From the NCBI GenBank assembly GCA_965203495.1, contig CBDBDB010000002.1, forward strand, positions 3,115-67,114: a stretch of 64,000 bases of DNA, written 5' to 3'. Positions 29,894-39,312 of the stretch are shown piece by piece (position 1 is the stretch's first letter; every line of letters begins with the position of its first letter). This DNA is from Candidatus Multivorans sp. (GTDB lineage Bacteria > Acidobacteriota > Thermoanaerobaculia > Multivoradales > Multivoraceae). The notes under the pieces are model-generated. The model was not told the DNA's origin and ran no database searches. It worked only from the letters and a program-made list of their open reading frames with translations. A program made the position numbers and the translations under genes.

Positions 29894-32800
29894 ATGCCGC
29901 CTCCGGTCGCGGCGCAGTCGGCGGCTGACCACGAAGACCACGCGTGGTGCCGCGTCATCGCCGAGCGCCGCGAGGACGCAGAGCCCCACGGCGGCGACTT
30001 CGCCGACGCGAGCCTCACGGCGGCCCATCGTTCGGCGCAGACCGCGGGCAGCGGCGACGCAACCCGCGAGATCACGATCTACTTCTTCTACACCCAGCGC
30101 TTCGTCGACAAGAGCTTCGCCGACACCGGCAACAGCGCGGCAGCCAGACTGGCGGCCCTTGAACGAGAGGTCGAACGATCCGTCCAGCTCACGAACGAGG
30201 CCTTTCGCAACAGCAAGGTAAACGCGAAACTGGTAAACGGCGGGATCGAGAAGAGTGCCGACCTGCCCGACAGCGTCTGGAAGGCGCGGGACTGGATACG
30301 CGACAGCGCCTACGCGAAGTCGGTCCGCAGCGCCCGGGCCGCCGATCTGGTCTACGCGCTGATCGACGACGACGACCGCAGCTACGGAGCCTACGCGTGC
30401 GCGCCGTACCGAGTCCGCGGCGGCTGGGAGGTCGACTTCAATCGCGAAGAGTGCTTCATGGGAATGATCAACTCCCTGAGAGACAACCAGAGCCGCAGGA
30501 TGCCGAATTGGCGATCGATCCTGCGCCATGAGGTGGGTCACAGCCTGGGCCTCCAGCACAGCCCCGAGGAAGGCGCGATCCCGTGGCGCGGCTACCCCGG
30601 TGGAGTCGGCTACCGAAGCCCGCCGTCCCATCCCGGACGCAGCTACGGCACGGCGATGTCCCTGCGGAACACGTTGCCGCGCTACTCCACGTCGGCGGAG
30701 CGTTGGCAAGGGCTGGTCGTCGGGGAGAAGAACGTTCATGAAGCGTCGACCGTCCTGAGGGAGACCGTCGGGTACGTGAGCGAGTATCGCTTCGACAAGC
30801 TGTCGATGCCGAGTCTCGTCTGGGTGAACGAGGCGAACAGCGCGGTGATCAGAGTGTCGACAAGCAAGGCTCTCGGCCACTCCGTCACCTTCAACGTGAC
30901 GTACGGCGGCAGCGCGAGCGGGGCGGCCGATCCGGCTGACGGCGACTACGACAACGACGCCGTGAGCTCGATCACGTTCTCGCCGTCCGACACGCTGAAG
31001 ACCTTCGAGATTCCGATCAACGATGACAAGGAAGACGAGAACGTCGAGACGATCACGGTCACGCTCACGCCGAACGCCCCGCTGCCGGAAGGCGTGGAAC
31101 TCGGCGCCCTGACCGCGACGGTGAGGATCGCGGACGACGACTCCTCGCCGGTGCTGAAGGACATCGGCGCCGTCAGGGTCAAACCGGGAGAGACGGTCAA
31201 CGTCAGGGCTCGCGCGAGCGACCACGACGGCGACGCCATCGCCTACTCCTGGACCCGGAAGGCCGGCGAGCACACGCCCGCCCTGCCCAGGGGCACGAGG
31301 CTGAAACGGGCAAGGCTGACCTTCAAGCCGCCCGGCCCCGGCGTCTACACGATGACCGTGCGCGCCTCCGACCGATACGGCAACTCCGACAGCCAGGTCG
31401 TGGAGATCACGGTCGGAACGCCCGCCGTCCGTACGACGGCCACGGTTTCGGTACCGCGCGGCGTCTCGGTCAACGAGGGGACGGCCGCCGAGGTCGCGAT
31501 CACCGCGGCAAGGGCGTTTGGCCAGGAGGTCGCGTTCGATATCGGCTACGGCGGCAGCGCGACCGGAGCGGCCGATCCGGCCGACGGCGACTACGACAAC
31601 GACGCCGCGACCTCGATCACCTTCTCGTCTTCGGATACGTCGAGGATTCTCACGATCTCGATCGCCGACGACGGCGAGCACGAAGGCGCCGAGACGATCG
31701 CGGTGACCATCGTTCCGTCCGCGGGGCTGCCGGACGGCTTCGTTCTGGGCAACGCCACGACGATCGTGACGATCGAGGACGACGACCACTCGCCGGTGCT
31801 GGCGCCGATCAACGACGTTGCCTACACGGTCGGCGATGCGGTGAGCGTCACGGCGCAGGCCTCGGACGCGGACAACGACACGGTGAGCTACGTCTGGTCG
31901 CGCAAGAGAGGCGAGACGACGCCGGCGATCCCGGACGGCACGGTTCTGAACCAGGCGCGACTTGCCTTCACGCCGCCCGCCGCCGGCGTGTACACGATGA
32001 CGGTGGCGGCTTCGGACAGCGCCGGCAACGAGGATGCGGAAGACGTGGTCATCACGGTTTCAGCGGCGAATCCGGGCGACGACAGTTCCGACGAAAGCGA
32101 CGACGGTTCGGACGGGGGCGCCGGCGACGGGCAGGGCGACGACGCCGATGGTGCCGGCGGACCGCCTCCGGGCGGCGACGGCACTGGCGGCGGTGGCGGC
32201 GGACTGCCTCCGGGCGGTGGCGGATCGGGTGGCGGACCAGGCGGCGACGCGGGCAACAGTGGCAGCGATGATGACGGCGGCCCGGGTGGCGACGGCGCTG
32301 GCCCGGGTGGCGGCCCGGGGCTTGGCGGCGGCGCCCTGCACGCATCCTTCACCCTGGATGCAGCCTGCGCCGACGGTCTCTGCCGCGCGCGGACCGGCGT
32401 CGCCGTGTCGTTCGACGACACGAGCGGCGGCCCCGTCTCGTCGCGGAGATGGGACTTCGGCGACGGCGGGACGTCCCGCGACGTTTCGCCGGAGCACGCC
32501 TGGTCCGTGCCCGGCTTCTACACGGTGTCCCTGACCGTCGGCAGCCAGGGGAGAGCGGACACCGAGTCGCGGAAGGTGCTGGTCACGTCGAACACGCCGG
32601 CCGGGACCTGCGTGTCGGACGCCGAGACGCTGTGTCTCCAGGACTCCCGCTTCTCGGTGGCGCTGGAGTGGTGGACGGCCGACGACCAGCGCGGCGTGGG
32701 CAGCGTGGTCCACGAGGGGACGAACGACTCGGGCCTGTTCTGGTTCTTCGGCGCGGCGAACTGGGAGCTGCTGGTCAAGGTGCTGGACGGCTGTTCGGTG

Positions 32801-33190
32801 AACGGACACGTATGGGTGTACGGCGCCTCGGCAACGACGCTGGGCTACTCCCTGAAGGTGACCGATACGGTGACGCGGGCGGTGCGGGTGTTCCGCAACG
32901 AACCGGGCGAGCAGGCGCCGGCGTTCACCGACAGCAAGGCGTTCCCGGTCGCCTGCGCTGGCGGCGCTTCGGTCGCCTCGTCCTCTTCGCCGGGCGACTT
33001 CGGCAAGGCCGGCTCTGCGCCCGGCGGCCCGGATCCCGCCGCGAGCGGTGCGCCGCCGGCCAAGGCTCCGGCGGAACGGACACCGGCGGCGCGCCCGGGC
33101 CGCCGGCACGCCGGCCCGGGCGCTGGTCGACCTGTCGACGTTTCCGTGAGCGTGCCGGCTCTGAGTGCGGCGGTATCGTCCGCACGGTAA
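29894..33190 (+). CDS. Large surface protein: reprolysin-like metzincin + 2x(Calx-beta/Ig-like) + Gly linker + PKD + unknown C-terminal domain (true start probably further upstream)
   Basis: HEVGHSLGLQH with YGTAMS Met-turn; IPINDDKEDENVETITVTL; WDFGDG...PGFYTVSLTV; SGLFWFFGAANWELLVKVLDGC. 29894 is the nearest ATG, but a signal-like stretch (CLLGAVALSSSVMPPPVAAQ) begins before it. Confidence 0.85.
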   Translation: MPPPVAAQSAADHEDHAWCRVIAERREDAEPHGGDFADASLTAAHRSAQTAGSGDATREITIYFFYTQRFVDKSFADTGNSAAARLAALEREVERSVQLTNEAFRNSKVNAKLVNGGIEKSADLPDSVWKARDWIRDSAYAKSVRSARAADLVYALIDDDDRSYGAYACAPYRVRGGWEVDFNREECFMGMINSLRDNQSRRMPNWRSILRHEVGHSLGLQHSPEEGAIPWRGYPGGVGYRSPPSHPGRSYGTAMSLRNTLPRYSTSAERWQGLVVGEKNVHEASTVLRETVGYVSEYRFDKLSMPSLVWVNEANSAVIRVSTSKALGHSVTFNVTYGGSASGAADPADGDYDNDAVSSITFSPSDTLKTFEIPINDDKEDENVETITVTLTPNAPLPEGVELGALTATVRIADDDSSPVLKDIGAVRVKPGETVNVRARASDHDGDAIAYSWTRKAGEHTPALPRGTRLKRARLTFKPPGPGVYTMTVRASDRYGNSDSQVVEITVGTPAVRTTATVSVPRGVSVNEGTAAEVAITAARAFGQEVAFDIGYGGSATGAADPADGDYDNDAATSITFSSSDTSRILTISIADDGEHEGAETIAVTIVPSAGLPDGFVLGNATTIVTIEDDDHSPVLAPINDVAYTVGDAVSVTAQASDADNDTVSYVWSRKRGETTPAIPDGTVLNQARLAFTPPAAGVYTMTVAASDSAGNEDAEDVVITVSAANPGDDSSDESDDGSDGGAGDGQGDDADGAGGPPPGGDGTGGGGGGLPPGGGGSGGGPGGDAGNSGSDDDGGPGGDGAGPGGGPGLGGGALHASFTLDAACADGLCRARTGVAVSFDDTSGGPVSSRRWDFGDGGTSRDVSPEHAWSVPGFYTVSLTVGSQGRADTESRKVLVTSNTPAGTCVSDAETLCLQDSRFSVALEWWTADDQRGVGSVVHEGTNDSGLFWFFGAANWELLVKVLDGCSVNGHVWVYGASATTLGYSLKVTDTVTRAVRVFRNEPGEQAPAFTDSKAFPVACAGGASVASSSSPGDFGKAGSAPGGPDPAASGAPPAKAPAERTPAARPGRRHAGPGAGRPVDVSVSVPALSAAVSSAR
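32150..33140 (+). repeat. About 1-kb direct repeat shared with about 36150-37155 (Gly linker-PKD-C-terminal domain cassette)
   Basis: Long near-identical nucleotide runs at an offset of about 3990, e.g. tccttcaccctgga...gccgacggtctctgccgcgcgc and gactcccgcttctcggtggcgctggagtggtggacggccgac. Confidence 0.9.
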
Positions 33191-33404
33191 GCGGTCGTAT
33201 CGCCCGCACGGTCGTCTGGACCGGACCAGAGCCACCATCTGGGGCCGGCACTCTGCCGGATACTTGCGCCTTGACCTCGGCATTGCGGCCGCCTCCTCCT
33301 GCAAGGAGCAAGGGAGGCAGCGCGGACTGTCCGCCAAACCGGATGAAGCGGTTCACTCCCGGGCGTCCGTTGCGATGCGCGACCCGCACTGAGAAGATCC
33401 TGAC

Positions 33405-36400
33405 GTGTATTGGCCAGCGGTTTCGAGAGGCGCCCTCGCCTTCGCGCTGCTTCTGTCTCAGGCGTCGACAGCCGACGCCGACGCGACCGACGACACCGCG
33501 ACCTTGACGCACGACGCTCCGAGCGGCGGCGGCGACTCGCCGAACATCGACGATACCGGCGTCAAGGCAACCCAGGCCACGACCGCCGCCGCTCCCGGCC
33601 CCCCGCCATTGATCTCCCCTCGGCTGGCGGGCGACGGCAGGGTCACTCTCAAATGGTGGTCACCGCGGAATGAGGACATCCCCATCACCCACTGGCAGTT
33701 CCGGCAGAAGGCGGATGGGGGAACCTGGTCGGGTTGGACGAACATCAGCGGCTCGAACGCGGACACGAGGAGGCACAGGATCACGGGCCTGAAGAACGGC
33801 ACGCAGTACACGTCCCAGGTCCGCGCGGTGAACGACGCGGGACCCGGCGCGCCGTCGTCCGAGGTGACGATGACGCCAATGGCCCGTTCCTTCACGCTGA
33901 CGCCTGACAACTCCAGCGTGACGGAAGGAGATTCCGGGATCGCCAGCGTCGCGTTCACCGTGACGCTCAGCGAAGACGCGCCGTCGGGGGGAGTCGTCGT
34001 CTGGATGACGGGTGAGAGTCAGACACGGGCTGGCATAGCCACCATGTTCGAAGCGACCAGTTGCCCCCACGCCTCCCAGCCCGAGGACACGGACGTGTGC
34101 TACCCGTCGGGAGACCAGATTGTCATCCCCGAAGGCAGTCGGACCGGAACCCTGACGCTTGGAGTTCAGGGCGACAACCGGGACGAGCCGGAAGAGAGCG
34201 CGGTCGTCCTGGTCAGTACGCGCAGCTGGGGCGGCGATGCGATCCTTCTCGCCATCGTCGACGATGACGACGCTCCGCCTGACGCACCGACCGGTCTGGA
34301 GGCCGAGGCGGGAGACGGCCGGGTGACACTCCGCTGGAACGACCCGAAGGACGCCAGCATCACCGGCTACGAGTTGCAACGCAAGGGGAAGGAGAAGTGG
34401 AGCGAGTGGGACAACATCGACGGTTCCGACGCCTCCACGACGCAGTTCACGGCAACAGGCCTGAACAACGGCGCCGAGTACCGCTTCCGGATCCGCGCCA
34501 GGAACGGCGCAGGCGCGGGTGACCGGTCGGACGCGGTGACGGCAACGCCGGCGCCGGGCTTGTCCCAGGTCGCGCTCACGTTCAGCAGGAACGACGTTGC
34601 GGTAGCGCCGGACGAAACCGCGACCTACACGGTGCGCCTGACGCGGGCCTTCGCGGGCACGGTCCGCATCGCCAGCGCCGCCACCGACACGGCGACCGTG
34701 ACGCCCGCCACTCTGGACTTCACCACCGCCGACTACGCTTCGCCGCAGACGGTGACAGTGACCGGGAAGGCGGTCGGCGGAACGACCATCGGCCACGCTC
34801 TCCGGCGAGCGGGAGCTTCGGTTGACACGATTTCGAACGCCGGCACGGTGACCGTCACGGTCAGCGCGGCCGGCCCTCCCGCGCCGACGGGGTTCACCAC
34901 GGCGGCGGGCAACCGGCAGGTGAGGCTCCACTGGAAGAATCCCGGGAACGCCAGCATCTCCGGGTGGCAGTTCCAGCAGAGGGAGGGCGGCGGCAACTAC
35001 GGGGCCTGGATGGACATTCGCGGCTCAGGCGCCACGACCACCAGCCACACGGTGACGAGCCTGAGCAACGGCACGCTTTTCTTCTTCAGGATCCGCGCCG
35101 TGAACGCGGATGGCGCCGGCGCGGCGTCGGGCGAGGTGTGGTCGATTCCGGCGGCGCCAGGACCCGTGACGTTGACCGCGACGCCGGGAGACAGAGAGGT
35201 GACGCTGTCCTGGGTCCTCGACTCGCAAGAGGCCGACGTGACGAGCTTGTGGCGTTACCAGATGAAGTCCGACGGAGGCAACTTCGCCGGGTTTCAGCAT
35301 CTCTATGTCGCCGGCCGGGCCGGGAACACCAGGGTGACAGGGCTGATCAACGACACTCCCTACACCTTCCACATGTTGAACAACGGTCCCGAGGAAGGAG
35401 TTACCAATCCAACGAGGTGACGGTGACGCCGATGGCGCCGGCATCGGGCGTGACGGTGACGCCGACGGCGCTGACGATAGAGGAAGGCTCGAGCGGCATG
35501 TACACGGTGAAGCTGGACGCCGAGCCAGCGGGGAACGTGACGGTGACGGTGGCCGGCGCCGCGGGCGACGTGACGGTGAATCCGGACAGTCTGACGTTCA
35601 CGGACCAGAACTACGGCACGGCGCAGACGGTGACGGTGAGCGCGGCGGAGGACGAGGACGCGACGAACGACGCGGCGACCCTGACGCACTCCGCTTCGGG
35701 CGGCGGCTACAACGGCGTGACGATCCCCGATGTCGATGTCACCGTGACGGACACGACGCCGGTGCTGCAGTTGACGACGGATCCTTCAGCCGTGACGGAG
35801 GGGACGCCGATCAGCCTGACGGTGACCTCGGACAAGGCGCTCACGGGCACGCTGGAGGTGAGCCTGACTCTGGCGGACCGGGGGTCGAGCGGCTTCGGCG
35901 CGGCCGACATTCCGGGCGGGCTGGGCCCGCGGACCTTCAACGCCGACTTCGGCGCAGCGCCGAGCCGGACGGGCACGGTGTCGATCCCGACCAGCTCGGA
36001 TTCGTCGGCGGAGAGCGCGGAGACCTACCGGATCACGCTGAACGACGCGGCTACCTACGAACCGGGCACGGACAGGAGTGCGGACGGCACGCTGAACGAC
36101 GGGAACGGCGGCGACAACTCGGGCAACGACAACGACGGTGGCAACGGCGGTTCGCCTCCAGGAGGCGGCGGTGGCGGTGGACCGCCTCCAGGCGGCGGCG
36201 GTGGCGGCGGACTGCCTCCAGGAGGCGGCGACGCGGGCGACAGCGGCGGCGATGACGACGACGACGATGATGGCGACAGCGGTGGTGATGGCGGTGGCGG
36301 CAGCGGCCCGGGGCCCGGCGGCGCCCTGAGCGCTTCCTTCACCCTGGACGCGCCCTGCGCCGACGGTCTCTGCCGCGCGCGAACCGGCGTCGCCGTGGCG

Positions 36401-37177
36401 TTCGACGACACAAGCAGCGGGCCCGTCTCGTCGCGGAGATGGAACTTCGGCGACGGCGGGACCTCCCGCGGCAGGTCGCCGGAGCACGCGTGGTCCGTGC
36501 CCGGCTTCTACACCGTGTCCCTGACCGTCGGCGGCCAGGGGAGTTCGGACACGGCGTCGCGGAAGGTGCTGGTCGAGTCCAACGCGCCGGCCGGAACCTG
36601 CGTGTCGAACGCCGAGACGCTGTGTCTTCAGGACTCCCGCTTCTCGGTGGCGCTGGAGTGGTGGACGGCCGACGGCCAGCGCGGCGTGGGCAGGGTGGTC
36701 CACGAGGGGACGAACGATTCGGGCCTGTTCTGGTTCTTCGGCACGACGAATTGGGAGCTGCTGGTCAAGGTGCTGGACGGCTGCTCGGTGAACGGTCACG
36801 TGTGGGTGTTCGGCGCTTCGGCGACGACGCTGGGCTACTCGCTGACGGTGACCGACACGGCGACGGGCACGGTACGGGAAGTCCGCAACAAGCCGGGCGA
36901 GCAGGCGCCGGCGTTCATCGACAGCAGGGCGTTCCCGGACGCCTGCGCTGGCGGCGCTTCGGTCGCCTCGTCGTCCTCGCCGGGGGACCTCGGCGACGTC
37001 GGCGCTTCGCCCGGCGGCACGGAAACGACCGCGAGAGGTTCGCCGGCGGCCGAGCCGCCATCGGCCGAGCCGCCATCGACCGGGGCGCCATCGACCGGGG
37101 CGCCGGCGGCACGCGAGCTGACCGCCGGCCCGGGCGCTGGTCGACGTGTCGGCGTTCCGAGGGCGTACCAGCCCTGA
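33405..37177 (+). CDS. Large surface protein: 4x FN3, Calx-beta/Ig-like domains, Gly linker, PKD and the same C-terminal domain; one frameshift at about 35390
   Basis: FN3 motifs (GDGRVTLKW, TGLKNGTQY..QVRAVN). ORFs 33405-35420 and 34964-37177 join at GP(G)GRSYQSNEVTVTP if one base is restored. Confidence 0.85.
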
Positions 37178-37394
37178 GCGGCTGCTGTAGGGTCCGTACG
37201 CGGCGGGATTCTCGCAACTGGCGGCTGGACCAGCGGCGGACAGGACGAACGACGGTGCACACCCCGACCCTCGTGGGCATTTCCAAGGCGCCGCCGCCCG
37301 TCGACGATCCGGCGGAGGCGCGGCCGCCGCTGTGCGAACGGGAGTTCCTCGGCCGACTTGTCCGGATCGGCGGCGCCGGCGGCGCCGTTTGCCA

Positions 37395-39146
37395 GTGACC
37401 GCTCGGCTCGGCGTCGGCGTTCTCGCCGCCCCGCTGCTGACGGGCTGCCTGGGCCATCCCGCCGGCCCGGCCCGGAGCGCGATGTTCGACTACGACCCGG
37501 CCACGGATCCGATCTCCAACCCCGATTCGCTGTTCGCGCCGTTCGACTTGGAGCGGGCCGACACCGAGGCCACGATCAACCGTTACTCGCTCGACCAGCC
37601 GACATCGCTCAACCCGCTCTTCATCCGCGCCTGGACCGATGGCTTCCTCTACCGCCTGCTGTTCGACCCGATCGCCCACCGCGTCTCGGACCTCACCGCC
37701 GAATGGAACCCGGCGATGGTGGCCGAGGTCGAGGAGATGGAAGACGGCCGCGTCCACCGCATCAGGCTCCATGCCGGCATGCGCTGGCACGACGGCGCGC
37801 CGGTCACCTCCGAGGATGTCCGCTTCACCTGGGAAGCGATCGCCGACGACAACGTGCCGGCGGTGGACTACAAGTACAAGGCCGCCGAGATCGAGGACAT
37901 CCGCATCATCGACGACATCACCTTCGACGTCGTCCACCGCCAGGTCTCCGCGCTCAGGATCGACAACCTGTACTTCCCCATCGTCCCGGCGCACATCCTG
38001 AATCATCCCGAGGAGCGCGCGGCCGATCCGACGCTGCGCACGAGCGCCTACTACAACCGCTATCTGCGGGAACTCGGCATTGGCAACGGGCCCTTCCGCT
38101 TCGTCGAGTGGATCCACGCCGACCGCGTGGTCGTCGAACGCTGGGAGGACTACCACCACGACAAGCCGCCCATCCGCCGCCAGGCGATCACCACCCACAG
38201 CGACCGCAACGCCGCCCTGCTCCAGTTCCGCAAGGGACAGCTCGACGACATCTGGCTCACCGTCCAGCAGCACGGCAGCCAGACCAACGACGAGGAGTTC
38301 CACGCCGCCGGCGTCAAGGCGTGGGGGCCGCGCTGGATGCAGGCCTACATCGGCTGGCAGCAGGGCGGCAACAACCACTTCTTCGGCGACGTCCGGGTGC
38401 GGCGCGCGATGGCCCACGCCTACGACGCCGAGCGCGTGCTGCGGCAGGTCAGCTGGAACGTCTACACCCGCTCCAACGGCATGTTCCCGCCCAGCCACTG
38501 GAGCCACAACCCGAACGTCGAGCCGCTCGAGTACGACCTCGAGAAGGCCGCCGCGCTGCTCGACGAGGCCGGCTGGCTGACCAGCCCCGACGACGGCTGG
38601 CGGTACAAGGAGGTCGACGGCGAGCGGATCCGCTTCCACTTCCTGATGAACCTGCCCCAGTCCTTCGTCGACGCACGCCGCATGGTCGACCTCTACCGCG
38701 AGGACCTGCGCCGCATCGGCGTCTCCTTCGAGACGGAGATTCAGGAGAACGCGAGCCGCTCGCCGCTCCTGATCCAGCACGAGATGATCGCCCACGTCGA
38801 CACGTACCAGGTTTTCTCCGACCCCGACATCTGGCGCAACTTCTTCCACAGCGAGGCGATCGACAACGGCCGCAACTACGACAGCTACGGCAACCCCGAG
38901 GTCGACGAACTGTTCGACCGCTCCCGCATGGAACTCGACCGCGACCGCCGCGCCGAACTGCTGCGCGAACTGCAGGCCCGCGTGCAGGCCGACCAGCCGG
39001 CCCTGTTCCTTTGGAACTACAGCACCACCTGGGGTTTCAGCAAGCGGATGCGAGGCGTCGAGCTCGGCCCGTCGGGCGTCACCGCGTTCGTCCCCGGGAC
39101 GCGGGGCTGGTGGGTTGAGCGGGCGGATCAGGCACACAGCCCCTGA
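37395..39146 (+). CDS. Peptide/nickel ABC transporter substrate-binding lipoprotein (family 5)
   Basis: GTG start, lipobox LTGC, LRWHDGAPVTSEDVRFTW, GNGPFRFVEW, DVRVRRAMAHAYD, LLDEAGW. Confidence 0.9.
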   Translation: MTARLGVGVLAAPLLTGCLGHPAGPARSAMFDYDPATDPISNPDSLFAPFDLERADTEATINRYSLDQPTSLNPLFIRAWTDGFLYRLLFDPIAHRVSDLTAEWNPAMVAEVEEMEDGRVHRIRLHAGMRWHDGAPVTSEDVRFTWEAIADDNVPAVDYKYKAAEIEDIRIIDDITFDVVHRQVSALRIDNLYFPIVPAHILNHPEERAADPTLRTSAYYNRYLRELGIGNGPFRFVEWIHADRVVVERWEDYHHDKPPIRRQAITTHSDRNAALLQFRKGQLDDIWLTVQQHGSQTNDEEFHAAGVKAWGPRWMQAYIGWQQGGNNHFFGDVRVRRAMAHAYDAERVLRQVSWNVYTRSNGMFPPSHWSHNPNVEPLEYDLEKAAALLDEAGWLTSPDDGWRYKEVDGERIRFHFLMNLPQSFVDARRMVDLYREDLRRIGVSFETEIQENASRSPLLIQHEMIAHVDTYQVFSDPDIWRNFFHSEAIDNGRNYDSYGNPEVDELFDRSRMELDRDRRAELLRELQARVQADQPALFLWNYSTTWGFSKRMRGVELGPSGVTAFVPGTRGWWVERADQAHSP

Positions 39147-39312
39147 GGAGAACCGAAGCACGGAGTGCGCTCGAAGCCGAGCCCTGGCTCCCGGACGAAT
39201 TCCCGACCCTCGTGGCCGACCGAGCCGGGCAAGTCGCACCGATCTCGGCCATCGCCGACCGGCTGCGAACGCGCCGGAGACGACCGGGCGGCGCGGCGCC
39301 TTGCAGGCCGCG

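Noticed and set aside
32090-32330. Gly-rich segments as collagen-like domains
   Set aside because: They are poly-Gly/Pro/Asp linkers without a sustained Gly-X-Y period.
33170-33212. Short tandem GTATCGYCCGCACGGT x2 at the end of the first surface gene
   Set aside because: Only two copies and no other context. It is probably a local slippage duplication.
37200-37398. Tail of ORF 36439-37398 as a separate gene
   Set aside because: No start, motif or coding bias distinct from intergenic DNA.
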